64,000 nucleotides of DNA, taken from NCBI GenBank assembly GCA_903869825.1, contig CAIQAL010000028.1:1315-65314 (forward strand), in the 5' to 3' direction. This stretch comes from an uncultured bacterium. GTDB lineage: Bacteria > Patescibacteriota > Minisyncoccia > Phycocordibacterales > UBA9973. This document shows positions 19,733 through 30,762 of this stretch, piece after piece (within the stretch, counting starts at the first letter, position 1; each line of letters begins with the position of its first letter). A model generated the notes under the pieces. That model saw nothing but the letters and a program-made list of their open reading frames with translations. It made no database searches and was not told the DNA's origin. Both the position numbers and the translations under genes were made by a program.

Positions 19733-20272
19733 TCATTTTTGGTTGAAATTAGCTATAAGGAGAAGGGTTAGAAGAACGAAGAAGCTAGTGAGGGAAAGCA
19801 TCGGGATAGAGATATACCCCCCGAATTCGGAGACGAGGTGCTGAAAACAAGAAACACCCGAGGTGTCACAAATGGTATTGGAATTACCAAAGTAATAAAT
19901 GAAGTTTTGGTAAACCGAAATTAGAAAACCAACACAAAGCAAAGGTAATGCATACCTAATAACTTTCCTATCTTTGTTCCAAAGGGCAACCCCGAAAAGA
20001 AAAACTTGCGGGAAGATAAATATCCTTTGAAGCCAACATAACTCACAAGGTAAAAAATGAAGTACTTCTGAGTAAACCAAAGAAAAAAGAGATGAGAGAA
20101 GTGCGATTAAAAAACCAATCAAAATAAAATGACTCTCAATATACTCCAGAAACTTGTTGCTCTTTTTTGCGGCGAAGAAAAGCAAAATCAGAGTAAAAAC
20201 GCTCAAAACCTGGAGTACTATCGCCCCAAGCCCTAAAATTATATTTAGGTAATGAACGGTTATAAAATTCAT
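19733..20272 (-). CDS. dsbB: Disulfide bond formation protein B (BdbC-like)
   Basis: PCELCWLQRIF; second Cys pair CDTSGVSC; multi-TM. Confidence 0.88.
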   Translation of the reverse strand: MNFITVHYLNIILGLGAIVLQVLSVFTLILLFFAAKKSNKFLEYIESHFILIGFLIALLSSLFSLVYSEVLHFLPCELCWLQRIFIFPQVFLFGVALWNKDRKVIRYALPLLCVGFLISVYQNFIYYFGNSNTICDTSGVSCFQHLVSEFGGYISIPMLSLTSFFVLLTLLLIANFNQK

Positions 20273-20278
20273 AATAAA

Positions 20279-20854
20279 TTATTGCGGTAAGGTACAACTT
20301 GTTTGTTTCGCCAACATTTCAAGTGAAACTTCTCCAGATAAACGAGAACCAGGAGCGAAAGTCCAAGTGGTTCCTTTATGAGTAGGTTCAGAATTTGTTC
20401 CCACTAATGCTGAATCAATGGAACTGAAAACCCAAGTATCAAAATCGGTGTTATAACTTTGTTTACATACTGGCGTCTCATCCTGACTATCAGTACATTT
20501 GTGTGGCGCGTCGGCACTTTCTAGATTAATCGCAGTTGGAAAAACCCAAGAAGGATATCCTTTTATTTTTTTATCTTGGCAAATTTGAGTTTGGCCAGCG
20601 GCATCCGGAGTGGAACATTCAACATAAGGCAAAAGTTTCACCGAATCTCCAAACAATTTTTTTGTGGCATTGCAATGCGGGCACCAAAAAGCTCCATAGA
20701 AAGTTGTTCCGGAATTTTTCAGACAAGTGGCAAAAGCAGTGTATTTGCCTTTCGGAACGCCATTTGAATTTCTTGTTAAGAAGAAAACGACAACACCCCC
20801 CACAAGAAGAACAGCAATAATAATTAAAAGAATAATTTTGTTTGATTTTTTCAT
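20279..20854 (-). CDS. Membrane-anchored thioredoxin-fold protein (DsbB partner)
   Basis: FYGAFWCPHC, YVEC, IKGYPSWVF; start MKKSNK at 20854 (TATAAT-N6-ATG). Confidence 0.82.
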   Translation of the reverse strand: MKKSNKIILLIIIAVLLVGGVVVFFLTRNSNGVPKGKYTAFATCLKNSGTTFYGAFWCPHCNATKKLFGDSVKLLPYVECSTPDAAGQTQICQDKKIKGYPSWVFPTAINLESADAPHKCTDSQDETPVCKQSYNTDFDTWVFSSIDSALVGTNSEPTHKGTTWTFAPGSRLSGEVSLEMLAKQTSCTLPQ

Positions 20855-20962
20855 AACGATATTATAGCACATCCCTCCTATTGAAAAAAGAGACAAAGTG
20901 TGGCAATCTATTGGAAAGGAGGCGAAAATCGCTCTTCGAAAACAGAAAAAATCTTCGACATC

Positions 20963-21559
20963 ATGGAAGCAACACTTTTGTTGATTTTGGTTATGCCGGA
21001 GATGTTTTTCAACCTCCGGCAAGTCAGTACGACTGATAAACTAGCCTTGTCCCGGCGAGTAATAATTTTCTTATACTCCTGGGTTCTGGCTCCTTATCTA
21101 CTATCCCATCTTTCAGTATTTTCGGCGGGATTGATAATGTATCTTTTCACTGTCTTCTTAACCTACTCCTCTCTAAAAATTTTAGGGAAAAAAAAGGAAA
21201 AAAGTTTCCTAATTTATATGGTAAAACTTTTTTGGAAGACACTTGTGACAATCTACATTCTATTTGTACTCAACCTAATACTCTTAATCGAAAGAATAAA
21301 ACCAGGTTGTGTAAGAAGACTTATTCGACTTGTCATGGTGAAAGAAAAAGCCCTGACAACAGTAAGTCTGTTTATTTTTGAACCATTTTTATGGCTAGTG
21401 AACTATTTAGCGAATCACTGCGGCAACGAACGTGGAAAAATAAACAGAAAAGTCTGGTCACTGTTACTAATCAATAATTTGATAGCCACTATTGTTTGGC
21501 TATTATTTATTTTCTTTAAAGGCCTAGCGATTTATAAAGCGATAGGCATCGAATTCTAA
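20963..21559 (+). CDS. Hypothetical multi-TM protein (ORFan-like)
   Basis: Hydrophobic ORF with its own leader and terminator; start uncertain (20900 or 20963). Confidence 0.55.
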   Translation: MEATLLLILVMPEMFFNLRQVSTTDKLALSRRVIIFLYSWVLAPYLLSHLSVFSAGLIMYLFTVFLTYSSLKILGKKKEKSFLIYMVKLFWKTLVTIYILFVLNLILLIERIKPGCVRRLIRLVMVKEKALTTVSLFIFEPFLWLVNYLANHCGNERGKINRKVWSLLLINNLIATIVWLLFIFFKGLAIYKAIGIEF

Positions 21560-21593
21560 AGGAATTTTTGTTTAAACAAAAATTCCTTTTTTT
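21558..21593 (+). terminator. Palindromic terminator between convergent genes
   Basis: AAAGGAATTTTTGTTT|AAACAAAAATTCCTTT perfect 32-bp palindrome followed by T-run. Confidence 0.7.
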
Positions 21594-21605
21594 ATTTAGG
21601 CCTAG

Positions 21606-22241
21606 TTATTTAAGTCGTTTTTTAAGAAAAATATTTGCTATTCGAAAAGAATACTTCGTGCTACTATCCGAAAGATTAAATAAAATCGCCAAGGTAAATA
21701 GAAGAAATGCAATATAGACACTCAAAAAAGATACCACAACTGCAACGACAGAAGCGATGACTGGGAACCAAATATGCATATTGGCATGTTCATTTTCCAA
21801 TTTTGTAAAAGGCATATTTTCGATTGTACTAGACCGGATGGCATATTGACGCATTCTAAAAAGTGAAATCCCAATCAAAATAATATTTAAAGCAAAAAAG
21901 ATAATGGCTACTTTGGAATTACTGTAGTTCCCCAGGAGATGAGATGAGAAGGGAACAAGCCCAATGAAGAAGAAAAAAATAGCATTCAGGTTTGTAAACT
22001 TTGTATCAATATTTTTTACCAAAATGGAAGCAATAAAATGATGACTTCGCCAATAAGTAAATAAGAGTGAAAATCCAAGAATGTAACTAATGAATACAGG
22101 GAGAAGTGACATTAACGAATCTAGGAGAGTTTTATTGTTTACAATCCCCGTGAGTTCCGGGACCCGTATTTCAAAAACAAGAATTGTCATAACGATAGCA
22201 AAGATCCCGTCTGCTAATTGGTCAAGTCGTGTTTGTTTCAT
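21606..22241 (-). CDS. TMEM175-family potassium channel
   Basis: RLDQLADGIFAIVMTILV, YWRSHH; start MKQTR at 22241. Confidence 0.88.
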   Translation of the reverse strand: MKQTRLDQLADGIFAIVMTILVFEIRVPELTGIVNNKTLLDSLMSLLPVFISYILGFSLLFTYWRSHHFIASILVKNIDTKFTNLNAIFFFFIGLVPFSSHLLGNYSNSKVAIIFFALNIILIGISLFRMRQYAIRSSTIENMPFTKLENEHANMHIWFPVIASVVAVVVSFLSVYIAFLLFTLAILFNLSDSSTKYSFRIANIFLKKRLK

Positions 22242-22278
22242 TGTCCTATTGTAACAAAAAGAAAGAGGCAAATCAAAG

Positions 22279-23454
22279 TTACTGATACTGAATATAGCTC
22301 GGTTGAGGGTTTAACTTCAAAAGTTCAGTAGGAGTAAAGAGAGTCGTCCCCTTGTCAAGGATATCATTTTTGTAAAATAATTTAAAACCAGTGAATTGAA
22401 CAGGCTCTTTGTAGACAAATTGTTTGTAAGTACCTATTTTTTTTGCTTTTGGGCCCCAGCCGTCCATGTCCATCACAAATTGCACTTCAGGCAGTATTTT
22501 AATATTTTTGTAATTCGTCACCATTTTTTGGGTGAAGCGATGAATAATTAAAATTTTTGGAGTGAGGGTGTTGTCTTGTACAATTTTTGCCAAATGCTCC
22601 TCTGCATAATTTATTTCAGAGGCATCAATCGTACCAATAACTGTCCCAGGCTTCGCCCCGGTTTTCATATAAAACTCTGGGTCAATTCCAAGGTGAACGT
22701 TATCCATTTTTAAATATTTATCAAGTAAAGGTAATTCTGCTTGAATATTACTCAACCCCACTTGGATGTCCAAGAAAACAAGCCCATTTATTTTAGCTGC
22801 CATCGCAATCACTTTGTCTATCTCTTTACCTGGCATCCGAAAGCGATATTTCCCGTCCACTCCCTTACTCCCTTGAGCTGTAGCAACAATATAATGAAGC
22901 GCCGGAACAACCGGAGTACTTGGGTCAGCATCCTTCCATTTTTTTACTTCTTCTTTTAATTTTGGAATCATTATGTCCTCCGGGTATTGTCCGAGTATTC
23001 CCATTTTGGTCGAATATAAATTTCCATAATAAGCAACAATACGATTAAATGGGAGTAGCGCTCCTGCATTCGGATAAACTGTTTTTACTGGCCAGAGATT
23101 CGGCTTTGGGATGACCACCGGAGCCGGCACTGAAACCAAAGTGATTTTCCCGGTCTTTGGATCTTTTACTTGTTTGGCTGTTGGTTTCGGAACGACTGGC
23201 AGAGGGTTATTTGCCAATTCATTTATTTTCTTATCATAAGCTTCCTTATCAAGAGGAAGAACTCCTTGACTAGCTGATGGAGGAAGAGTATTCTCTTCTT
23301 TTTTCGTTTCTTCGCCTATATTGTAAGTTATGTTGTTACTAAAAATAAAATTTGTTTTAGCATATAAAAAAATCAGCAAAAAAACAGAAGTAATGAATAA
23401 CCAAAAAATGCGACTTTTTAAAATAGCTCCTGTTTTCAAGATGAAACTTTTCAT
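22279..23454 (-). CDS. Conserved exported hypothetical protein
   Basis: N-terminal TM, Pro-rich linker, globular domain (RIVAYYG, LDIQVG, LGIDPEF, MDGWG, GFKLFY). Confidence 0.7.
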   Translation of the reverse strand: MKSFILKTGAILKSRIFWLFITSVFLLIFLYAKTNFIFSNNITYNIGEETKKEENTLPPSASQGVLPLDKEAYDKKINELANNPLPVVPKPTAKQVKDPKTGKITLVSVPAPVVIPKPNLWPVKTVYPNAGALLPFNRIVAYYGNLYSTKMGILGQYPEDIMIPKLKEEVKKWKDADPSTPVVPALHYIVATAQGSKGVDGKYRFRMPGKEIDKVIAMAAKINGLVFLDIQVGLSNIQAELPLLDKYLKMDNVHLGIDPEFYMKTGAKPGTVIGTIDASEINYAEEHLAKIVQDNTLTPKILIIHRFTQKMVTNYKNIKILPEVQFVMDMDGWGPKAKKIGTYKQFVYKEPVQFTGFKLFYKNDILDKGTTLFTPTELLKLNPQPSYIQYQ

Positions 23455-23471
23455 TATTATTTCATAATACC

Positions 23472-24065
23472 TTATTTCAGCATTTTTGCACCTTCTTTCC
23501 CCTCAAAAACAATTTCAAATAATTTTTTTCTATCGTTTGGTTTTTCTCTTACCTGCAAATATTCCGGCAAGTCTTCAACCTTCCCAGGTTTCCCGACTGC
23601 AATCATTAAATTAATCTCAAACTCTTCAGAGATGTTCAATTCTTTTCGTACGGATTCTGTGCTATATCCAGCCATTCCATGGGTAACCAAGCTCATCTGA
23701 GTAGCTTGCAAAGCAAGATTCTCCCAAGCCGAGCCAATATCTAGAGAATGAGTCGGGTTTGGTTTTCCATCGTCGGCATTTTTTTTTGAAATGCCGATCA
23801 AAAGAACTCCGGCATTTTTACACCAGGTTTTGTTTCCATCTGCCAAAAAAGAAAAGAATAAATCAAAATCCAAAGTTCCCCGGAGAGCATACAAAAATCT
23901 CCAAGGCTGAATATTGCTGGCTGATGGTGCCCAACGTGCTGCGTCAAACAAAGTCATTAATTGCTCTATCGGAACCGGTTCTCCAGACATCGCGCGGGGT
24001 GAATAACGCTTCAAAAACAAATCTTCAATATTATATTCGGTTGTCCTACTATTTACTGTTTTCAT
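23472..24065 (-). CDS. Nitroreductase family protein
   Basis: RYSPRAM, ARWAPSASNIQPWRF; start MKTVNS at 24065. Confidence 0.92.
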   Translation of the reverse strand: MKTVNSRTTEYNIEDLFLKRYSPRAMSGEPVPIEQLMTLFDAARWAPSASNIQPWRFLYALRGTLDFDLFFSFLADGNKTWCKNAGVLLIGISKKNADDGKPNPTHSLDIGSAWENLALQATQMSLVTHGMAGYSTESVRKELNISEEFEINLMIAVGKPGKVEDLPEYLQVREKPNDRKKLFEIVFEGKEGAKMLK

Positions 24066-24141
24066 AATAGTATTATACACCAAAAAGACCAAGATATTTC
24101 TTGTTTCAGCAAGGTTAATCTTGGTCCCTTTGACTTATTTA

Positions 24142-24354
24142 TTACATGATGTTTGGGGTGATTTCCCACGTTCTCAGAAAAGAATCATTCCAATCTTTAT
24201 TTTCTTCGGCAGACATTGTTTCCATTTTTCGGGAAATATCAGGATGACTTTCTTTTAAATGTTCCATCCCCTCTTCCATCATTTCTTTTGGAGTATTCGC
24301 AGAAATTTTATAACCACATGGCCCACCCATTTGTTCACAAGTCATTGTTTTCAT
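24142..24354 (-). CDS. DUF1059-like small metal-binding protein
   Basis: MKTMTCEQMGGPC...EHLKESH. Confidence 0.75.
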   Translation of the reverse strand: MKTMTCEQMGGPCGYKISANTPKEMMEEGMEHLKESHPDISRKMETMSAEENKDWNDSFLRTWEITPNIM

Positions 24355-24441
24355 ATTTTCTTATTAATTAAATTAATAATAATATTCCGACCACCAGAAC
24401 ATTGTACAAAAAGATTATTAAAACTTGATTAAAAAGTTATT

Positions 24442-25581
24442 TTACTTTTCACTCTTGAGATATTTTTTGTTTTTTAACTTTTCTGGAAGCAGACTTTCAT
24501 TGGTATATTTTTTATAACCTTCTCCATAACCCAAATTTTTCATAAGTTTGGTTGGGGCATTCCTGATACTGATCGGGATAGGTAGATTGCCATGTTCTCT
24601 GACGTCCGCTACTGCAAGCAAATATGCATTGTACGCATCCCTGTTTTTCTTCGCCTGAGAAAGATATACGACTCCGTGTGCCAAATTTTCGGCACATTCC
24701 GGCATCCCGATTGTATCAACGGCTGCAAACACAGCATTTGCCACCACAAGCGCAGTTGGCATCGCAAGTCCAATGTCCTCACTAGCAAATATTACCATCC
24801 GCCGTGCAATAAATTTCGGATCCTCCCCCGCATCCAACATTCGACACATATAGTACAAAGCGGCATCCGGCTGAGAAGCGCGCATACTTTTTATAAAGGC
24901 ACTTATGGTGTTATAGTGTTCCTCTCCTTTTTTATCGTATCGCAGTGTTTTTGATTGGAGAGTATTTTTTAAATTTGGAAGTGTAATGTCAGAATAAAGT
25001 CCAGCTGTATTTTCGATCATTGCTATTGCTTGACGAGCATCACCATCTGCCATTTGCACCAACCAATCAATCGCATCTTTTTTTAACTTAAAATTGGTTC
25101 GCTTAATAATTTTTTTCATTTCACTCTCCGAAAGTCCGTTCAAAACAAAAACCCGAGAACGGGAAAGGAGCGCAGGGATAACTTCAAACGATGGGTTCTC
25201 GGTCGTCGCGCCAATTAAAGTAAGCCGGCCACTTTCAACGTACGGCAAAAGAAAATCTTGTTGCGCTTTATTGAAACGATGAATTTCATCCAAAAAAAGG
25301 ATTTTCGGACCGAGTAAAGTTCCGCCGTTCTCCACAATTTCGCGAATGTCGTCTTTACTGGCTGAAACCGCGGAAAGTTCGTGGTAATCCGCGTTCAGTG
25401 CTTTGGCATAAATTTTTGCCAGTGTAGTTTTTCCAACGCCAGGTGGTCCCCAGAAAATAAAAGAAAAGAGGTGTTTCTGTTTGATAGCCACCCGCAAAGG
25501 TTTCCCTTCACCCACTAAATGTTCTTGCCCCACAAATTCATCCAAATTTTTCGGCCTAATTTTTGAAGCTAGAGGTTCCAT
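24442..25581 (-). CDS. rarA: Replication-associated recombination protein A
   Basis: [44 protein letters not shown]. Confidence 0.95.
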   Translation of the reverse strand: MEPLASKIRPKNLDEFVGQEHLVGEGKPLRVAIKQKHLFSFIFWGPPGVGKTTLAKIYAKALNADYHELSAVSASKDDIREIVENGGTLLGPKILFLDEIHRFNKAQQDFLLPYVESGRLTLIGATTENPSFEVIPALLSRSRVFVLNGLSESEMKKIIKRTNFKLKKDAIDWLVQMADGDARQAIAMIENTAGLYSDITLPNLKNTLQSKTLRYDKKGEEHYNTISAFIKSMRASQPDAALYYMCRMLDAGEDPKFIARRMVIFASEDIGLAMPTALVVANAVFAAVDTIGMPECAENLAHGVVYLSQAKKNRDAYNAYLLAVADVREHGNLPIPISIRNAPTKLMKNLGYGEGYKKYTNESLLPEKLKNKKYLKSEK

Positions 25582-25623
25582 AGCTATATTATATACCTAA
25601 ATTAAATGCCAAATTTCAATTTT

Positions 25624-27111
25624 CTATTCTATCAGAACTTTTAAGTCCTTCCTCTCGTTTTTCACTTTTAGGAAAAGAGCTAAGAATGCTCCAATGAATA
25701 CAATGATACTTGAAATCAAAAATACGTGCGCGTACGCATCCACTTGTGCCTTCAAAGTAACTAGGGTTACAAATTCTTGAACGATCTGTGGATTATGGAC
25801 CGTAATAAAACTATGTTGATTTATTTTCAATAAATTACTTTTGGTGGAGTTATTTAAAATTGTGGCAAAAATTGCAATTCCAAAAGCACCGGCAATATTT
25901 CGAACAAGAGCAAGGATTGAGGAAGCGATTCCGATTTCATGTTGATCTACCACCGAAGCCACCACGTTCGTACGTTGGGCCATTCCGAAACCAAGACCCA
26001 AGGCCATAATAATTAAAGGAACAATTAAATCAAGTGCAGTTGATTTTGGATCAATTCGAGTGAAAAGGAAAAGACCAATAGACGCGACGAGAGTACTCCA
26101 AAAAATTATGTATCTTGCTTGGACTTTTCCGGTTAAACTTCCCCCAAGTGGAGAAGCAATCACCATCGAGAAAGCCATCGGAATAAATAAATATCCACTT
26201 TGGGTAGCCGTATAACCTAAAAATGTTTGAGCAAAAATTGGCAAAAGAAAAATTCCACCAATCATTCCCATAAATACCACAAAGTTGTTGACTAGAGCGT
26301 TAACAAAAGCAGGAATTTTAAAGAATTTTAAATCCACAATAGGCTCTTTCACTTTATTTTCAATTTTTATAAAAAGACCCAATAGAGCAATCGTCAAGAA
26401 ATAACAGGCAATCGCTGAAACAGAAAACCAACCCCAATCCAGTCCTCGGTCGAGCACTAATACCAAACTCGAAAGTGACCCACCAAGCACAATTGCTCCC
26501 CACCAGTCAAATGAAACCGATTTTACTTCAGAAACGGATTCCTTAATAAATCGTAGTGCCATCAAAATTCCAACAATTCCAATTGGAATATTTATTAGAA
26601 AGATTGACTGCCAGCCAAAGCTATCAATCAAGGGGCCACCAATCAAAGGACCAAATACCGAGGCTGCCGCAAAAGAAGTTGACCATATTCCAAGCGCTTG
26701 TGCTCTTTCTTTTCCTTGTTTAAAAGTTACCGCTACAATTGCCATCGCCGTCGGATAATCAGCCGAACCCGCTATTGCTTGAATTACCCGAAAAATAATC
26801 ATTGAGGTTAAATTCCAAGAAAGAGCAGCTAAAAGAGAACCTAAAATAAAAATAGAGAATCCCAAGATGTAGACTTTTTTTCTACCAATCGTATCTCCTA
26901 GTTTTCCCCAAACTGGTACAAAAATGGCATTAGCTAAGATATAAGCGGTGGCAATCCATCCGGCCGCAGAAACAGTGATACTGAAAGAATCAATTATTTT
27001 AGGTAAAGCAAGGTTGACAATTGTTTGATCAAGTCTACCAAGAAAAGTCCCGATGATGACAGTCAGAAGAATCCACCAGCGCAAATTGTCTTTTGGCGCT
27101 TCTTGTTCCAT
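25624..27111 (-). CDS. DHA2 (EmrB/QacA) MFS efflux permease
   Basis: LDQTIVNLALP, GKLGDTIGRKK, GPLIGG, FLINIPIG; ~14 TM. Confidence 0.92.
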   Translation of the reverse strand: MEQEAPKDNLRWWILLTVIIGTFLGRLDQTIVNLALPKIIDSFSITVSAAGWIATAYILANAIFVPVWGKLGDTIGRKKVYILGFSIFILGSLLAALSWNLTSMIIFRVIQAIAGSADYPTAMAIVAVTFKQGKERAQALGIWSTSFAAASVFGPLIGGPLIDSFGWQSIFLINIPIGIVGILMALRFIKESVSEVKSVSFDWWGAIVLGGSLSSLVLVLDRGLDWGWFSVSAIACYFLTIALLGLFIKIENKVKEPIVDLKFFKIPAFVNALVNNFVVFMGMIGGIFLLPIFAQTFLGYTATQSGYLFIPMAFSMVIASPLGGSLTGKVQARYIIFWSTLVASIGLFLFTRIDPKSTALDLIVPLIIMALGLGFGMAQRTNVVASVVDQHEIGIASSILALVRNIAGAFGIAIFATILNNSTKSNLLKINQHSFITVHNPQIVQEFVTLVTLKAQVDAYAHVFLISSIIVFIGAFLALFLKVKNERKDLKVLIE

Positions 27112-27116
27112 ATTTT

Positions 27117-27779
27117 TTAATTAGTAAAAATAGTAATTTTAGCCGACATCCCCTCTTTCAATTCCGGATATTTTTTTGTGTCGAAGAGAACTTTAATATC
27201 AAACTGTTTTACGGCACGTTTGTCAGAAATATTAAAAACAATTCCGCTTGTATCTGAAATCGGACTTACCTCGTCAACCACCCCTACGTATTTTTTATTG
27301 CCGAAAGCATCCACGGTAAATGTTGCTTTTTGTCCAATTTTTACTTTAGAAAGTCCTTTGTCTTCATCAATTTTTCCGACCACTCTTTCTTCCGCGATAT
27401 TTATCATTGAAACAACCGCCTGCCCAGGGGTAAATATCTGTCCTTCTTGGTGATTCACTGAAACAATTATTCCTGCTACCTTCGAAGTAAGCGTCTCACT
27501 GCCAACTTTTGCTACCGGAGTATTGGCTTGCACCACATCCCCTGCCTTCACATAGATTTCTTCCAAAGTGTTTGGAGTAGCCGGAGAAAGGGCAATAATC
27601 GGAGCATCAATCAAGGAATTTTCTATTTTTATTTGTCCGACAGTTGCACGCCAGAAAATAAAAATTCCAAGTAATAAAAATATTACAATAATTCCTGCCA
27701 CACTTCGAAACCAAGCTTTCGAAAATATACTTTCTTTTTTTTCTACTTTATCTTCAGTTGTTGATTGTTTGTCATTCAT
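27117..27779 (-). CDS. HlyD/EmrA-family efflux adaptor
   Basis: TM, lipoyl-like halves, VKIGQKATFTVDAF, LKEGMSA. Confidence 0.85.
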   Translation of the reverse strand: MNDKQSTTEDKVEKKESIFSKAWFRSVAGIIVIFLLLGIFIFWRATVGQIKIENSLIDAPIIALSPATPNTLEEIYVKAGDVVQANTPVAKVGSETLTSKVAGIIVSVNHQEGQIFTPGQAVVSMINIAEERVVGKIDEDKGLSKVKIGQKATFTVDAFGNKKYVGVVDEVSPISDTSGIVFNISDKRAVKQFDIKVLFDTKKYPELKEGMSAKITIFTN

Positions 27780-27784
27780 AAATT

Positions 27785-28819
27785 TTAATTAGCCACACTT
27801 GTAGTCATTTCGATTACTTTTTGGTTCATGGTTGCTATTTCCCCCGTTTTTATATTTACTGTAGTGATTATTCCATCACTCGGAGCATAAATAAAATCAT
27901 TATTGAAATTGCTTTGGGCCACCAAAAGTGAACCGGAAGCGGCAGCTATATCTTCTGGACGAGCGTTTGCTTGTTTAAGTGATAAGGCGGATTGTGCTTG
28001 ATTTAATACTGCTTCGGCATTTGCTTCAGTTTGAGTTCGATTAGAAAGTGCTGCTTGGTAGGCATTGAAATTAATCGTATATTGCGAAGATTCGGTATTT
28101 GGAATATTAACTACCCACTTGGTGTCATTGTTCACTTGGATATATTTAATAAAAAGTCCAGTACTTCCTATGGGCTGGGGAGTTATCAAACTCACCATCC
28201 CGATTGCTTCAACTAGTCCACTTGTTTTAAAAGAAAATCCTCCGCTTGATGGATACTCTTCAATAATTATTTGGCCTTGAGCATCTTTTAAATATGTTCC
28301 GGAAATAATTGGGGCATTCTCCAAGCTCGCTTGGTCGGCAGTGGTAGCTATAAATCCGGAATTCAATAAATTTCGGTGAGCATTTTCCACCAACAAGTCT
28401 TGCTGATTTTTCAATTGGTCAAGGGCTGTTTGAGCACTCGCTACTTGTGCCCTCGCCACATCAATGTCCGGGCCAGTTGCCCCGTTTAAGATTTTTTGGT
28501 AGTTTGCCTTCGCGATTTCAAGTGCTCCCTTTACGTCAGTTGAGTCTAGACTAGCCAACAACTGCCCTTTTTTTACGGGGCTACCGATAATTACCGCTAC
28601 AGTATTTACTTTTCCACTTTTGAGAAAAGCCAAATCAATATTTTGTCCATTTGTTACATTTGGAAGAGAATTATTTGAATCCGAGCCAAGAATACTTGAA
28701 ACGTCTGGAGTCTGCCCCACATTTTTGTAAACAAAAAAACCAACCACTATGGCTAACAATAATGCGACTGGAATAATTATTTTCGGATGACTTAAAATAT
28801 CTATAATCTTTTTTTTCAT
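27785..28819 (-). CDS. Efflux periplasmic adaptor-like protein
   Basis: VKKGQLLASLD, helical hairpin, IYAPSDGIIT; lacks the C-terminal barrel present in the next gene. Confidence 0.75.
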   Translation of the reverse strand: MKKKIIDILSHPKIIIPVALLLAIVVGFFVYKNVGQTPDVSSILGSDSNNSLPNVTNGQNIDLAFLKSGKVNTVAVIIGSPVKKGQLLASLDSTDVKGALEIAKANYQKILNGATGPDIDVARAQVASAQTALDQLKNQQDLLVENAHRNLLNSGFIATTADQASLENAPIISGTYLKDAQGQIIIEEYPSSGGFSFKTSGLVEAIGMVSLITPQPIGSTGLFIKYIQVNNDTKWVVNIPNTESSQYTINFNAYQAALSNRTQTEANAEAVLNQAQSALSLKQANARPEDIAAASGSLLVAQSNFNNDFIYAPSDGIITTVNIKTGEIATMNQKVIEMTTSVAN

Positions 28820-29042
28820 AAAGTTCGTCGTAATTTAAAAAAAAGCTTTTCGCTTTTATCTATCTAATATACTACTATTGATGAGAAATGTCAAAACGAG
28901 CAAAAAGTCCTCAAACTAACTTTTTGTTTACCAATAATACCTATGATCATGTGCCTTTTAGGATAATTTGCCAATGTTAAATGTAAGTTAAAAAAATAAA
29001 AATCCCAATTGTCAAACAATCCGGAAAAATAATTAATAGTGT

Positions 29043-30017
29043 TTAATTAATCTCAATATCAACGTAAAGAATTTCAGGAAACTTTTCTACAATATTTTTT
29101 TCTATTTTATCAATGTGGGCACCAACCAACCTAGGAATCCGGTCTGTCGTTTTAAACATTAATTTTGTAAATTCTTTAAAATCATTTTTAATGTTTTCAA
29201 ATTCTTCTCTCAAGTCCCCGGCTTCATAAATCTCTTCGTATAAGGGAGTGCCATTCCATTCAACCGAGGTATAAATCCGATACTTCCCGATATCCACCGC
29301 TACGGACTTAAATTCGACAATCTTTTCAATGCAGGGATCTTCGAGAAGTACTTCTATAATATCTTCTTTCGTTTTTTCATTGATCGATTTCCCAATAATA
29401 TATTTGTGATTTTTTACTATCAAAGTAATCGCCAAAATGCCAAGGATAAACCCCACCACAATTCCCCCGATTGAATCATAAATACTATTTTTAGTGAAGA
29501 ACATCAAAAGTTGCGCAGAGAATGCCACAAACACTCCAATGACGGCGGCACTGTCTTCATACACCACCGCCAGAGTTATTGGGTCTGCTTCTGCGTTAAA
29601 TATTTTTTTAGAAAACTTTTCATTTTTCTTCAATTCTTTTATGGCAATAAATAAAGTGGTGCTTTCAATAAGTAAAGCAAAAAATAACACGATAAGACTC
29701 TGAAAACTGAAGGTATACAAATTACTTCCACTTAGCAAAGAATCTACCGAATGGTAAATCGTTACTCCCGCTCCAATAAACAAAATCCCGCAAGCAGAAA
29801 TCAAGGACCAAAAAAATCTTTCAATTCCGTAACCATAGCCGTGAGTATGATCCTCTGGTTTTTTGGAGCGTTTCAAACCTACAAGCAACAGAGTCTGATT
29901 CAAAGTATCCGCAAAGCTATGCACTGTTTCGGCAAACATACTGGCTGAACCGGTCGAAAGAGCTATGAACCCTTTAATGACTGTAACGAAAGTATTGCCT
30001 ATTAAAGCTGCGACCAC
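29043..30017 (-). CDS. Cation diffusion facilitator family transporter
   Basis: AETVHSFADTLNQ, HGYGYG.ERFFW, YEDSAA. Confidence 0.88.
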   Translation of the reverse strand: MVAALIGNTFVTVIKGFIALSTGSASMFAETVHSFADTLNQTLLLVGLKRSKKPEDHTHGYGYGIERFFWSLISACGILFIGAGVTIYHSVDSLLSGSNLYTFSFQSLIVLFFALLIESTTLFIAIKELKKNEKFSKKIFNAEADPITLAVVYEDSAAVIGVFVAFSAQLLMFFTKNSIYDSIGGIVVGFILGILAITLIVKNHKYIIGKSINEKTKEDIIEVLLEDPCIEKIVEFKSVAVDIGKYRIYTSVEWNGTPLYEEIYEAGDLREEFENIKNDFKEFTKLMFKTTDRIPRLVGAHIDKIEKNIVEKFPEILYVDIEIN

Positions 30018-30101
30018 GAGATATTACGAAGCTATTGACTTTTGTGTAAAATATGCTATGCTTTATATGAAAAATTCAGTATCCACCTAAATTCATCAAC
30101 G

Positions 30102-30689
30102 ATGAACTTTTACAATTGTACCTTTGTTTTCCTGCGACACGGGAAAACGTTACCTAACCCAGTTGATTCTCTCCGTAAATTAGCTCACCTCGGACACGAA
30201 CAGGCCATCAATTTCAAGGAAAATTATGGAAACTCCTTTGATAAAATTATCAGTTCGTCTGCAATCCGGGCAATGCAAACTGTCCACGACATCACGGAAG
30301 GGAAAGATTCAAAGGAAATTATCTCTTTGGATATCCTGTATGCTCTTCCTGGGGAAGAGGAAAATGATGAACTCATGAGAATGGGTGAACGCCATGGCTA
30401 TGTAAGTCTGCACACCTACCTTGAAAAGGAAGGTGACAACAGCACCCTGCTCCATAAGATCGGACAGGAAGGGGCATTTGCAATAGGAGAAATCCTTGGC
30501 AACATTTCCAATAAAAAAATCTTGATCGTGGCACATGCGGTAACTATCAACAGCCTGATCTACTGGATGTTTCAGGAATCATCTATCGCCACTGAAGCAT
30601 CCCTCCACATTCAGCTCGGTGAATGTCAGGCACTCGAAATCAACACCGATGCAGATGGCAAAGTGGCCAACGTACTTTTCATTCAGTAA
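30102..30689 (+). CDS. Histidine phosphatase (SixA/PGM-like)
   Basis: FLRHG, SSSAIRAMQT, LIVAH; promoter TTGACT(30035)-16-TATGCT(30057) implies ATG 30102. Confidence 0.85.
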   Translation: MNFYNCTFVFLRHGKTLPNPVDSLRKLAHLGHEQAINFKENYGNSFDKIISSSAIRAMQTVHDITEGKDSKEIISLDILYALPGEEENDELMRMGERHGYVSLHTYLEKEGDNSTLLHKIGQEGAFAIGEILGNISNKKILIVAHAVTINSLIYWMFQESSIATEASLHIQLGECQALEINTDADGKVANVLFIQ

Positions 30690-30713
30690 AATGTCGTCCG
30701 CCGGTTAAAATCC

Positions 30714-30758
30714 AAAACGTTGTACGAACTTAATCATAGTTCGAGCAACGTTTTTTTT
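30714..30758 (+). terminator. Intrinsic terminator
   Basis: AAAACGTTG..CGAACT-loop-AGTTCG..CAACGTTTT plus T-run. Confidence 0.7.
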
Positions 30759-30762
30759 ATTT

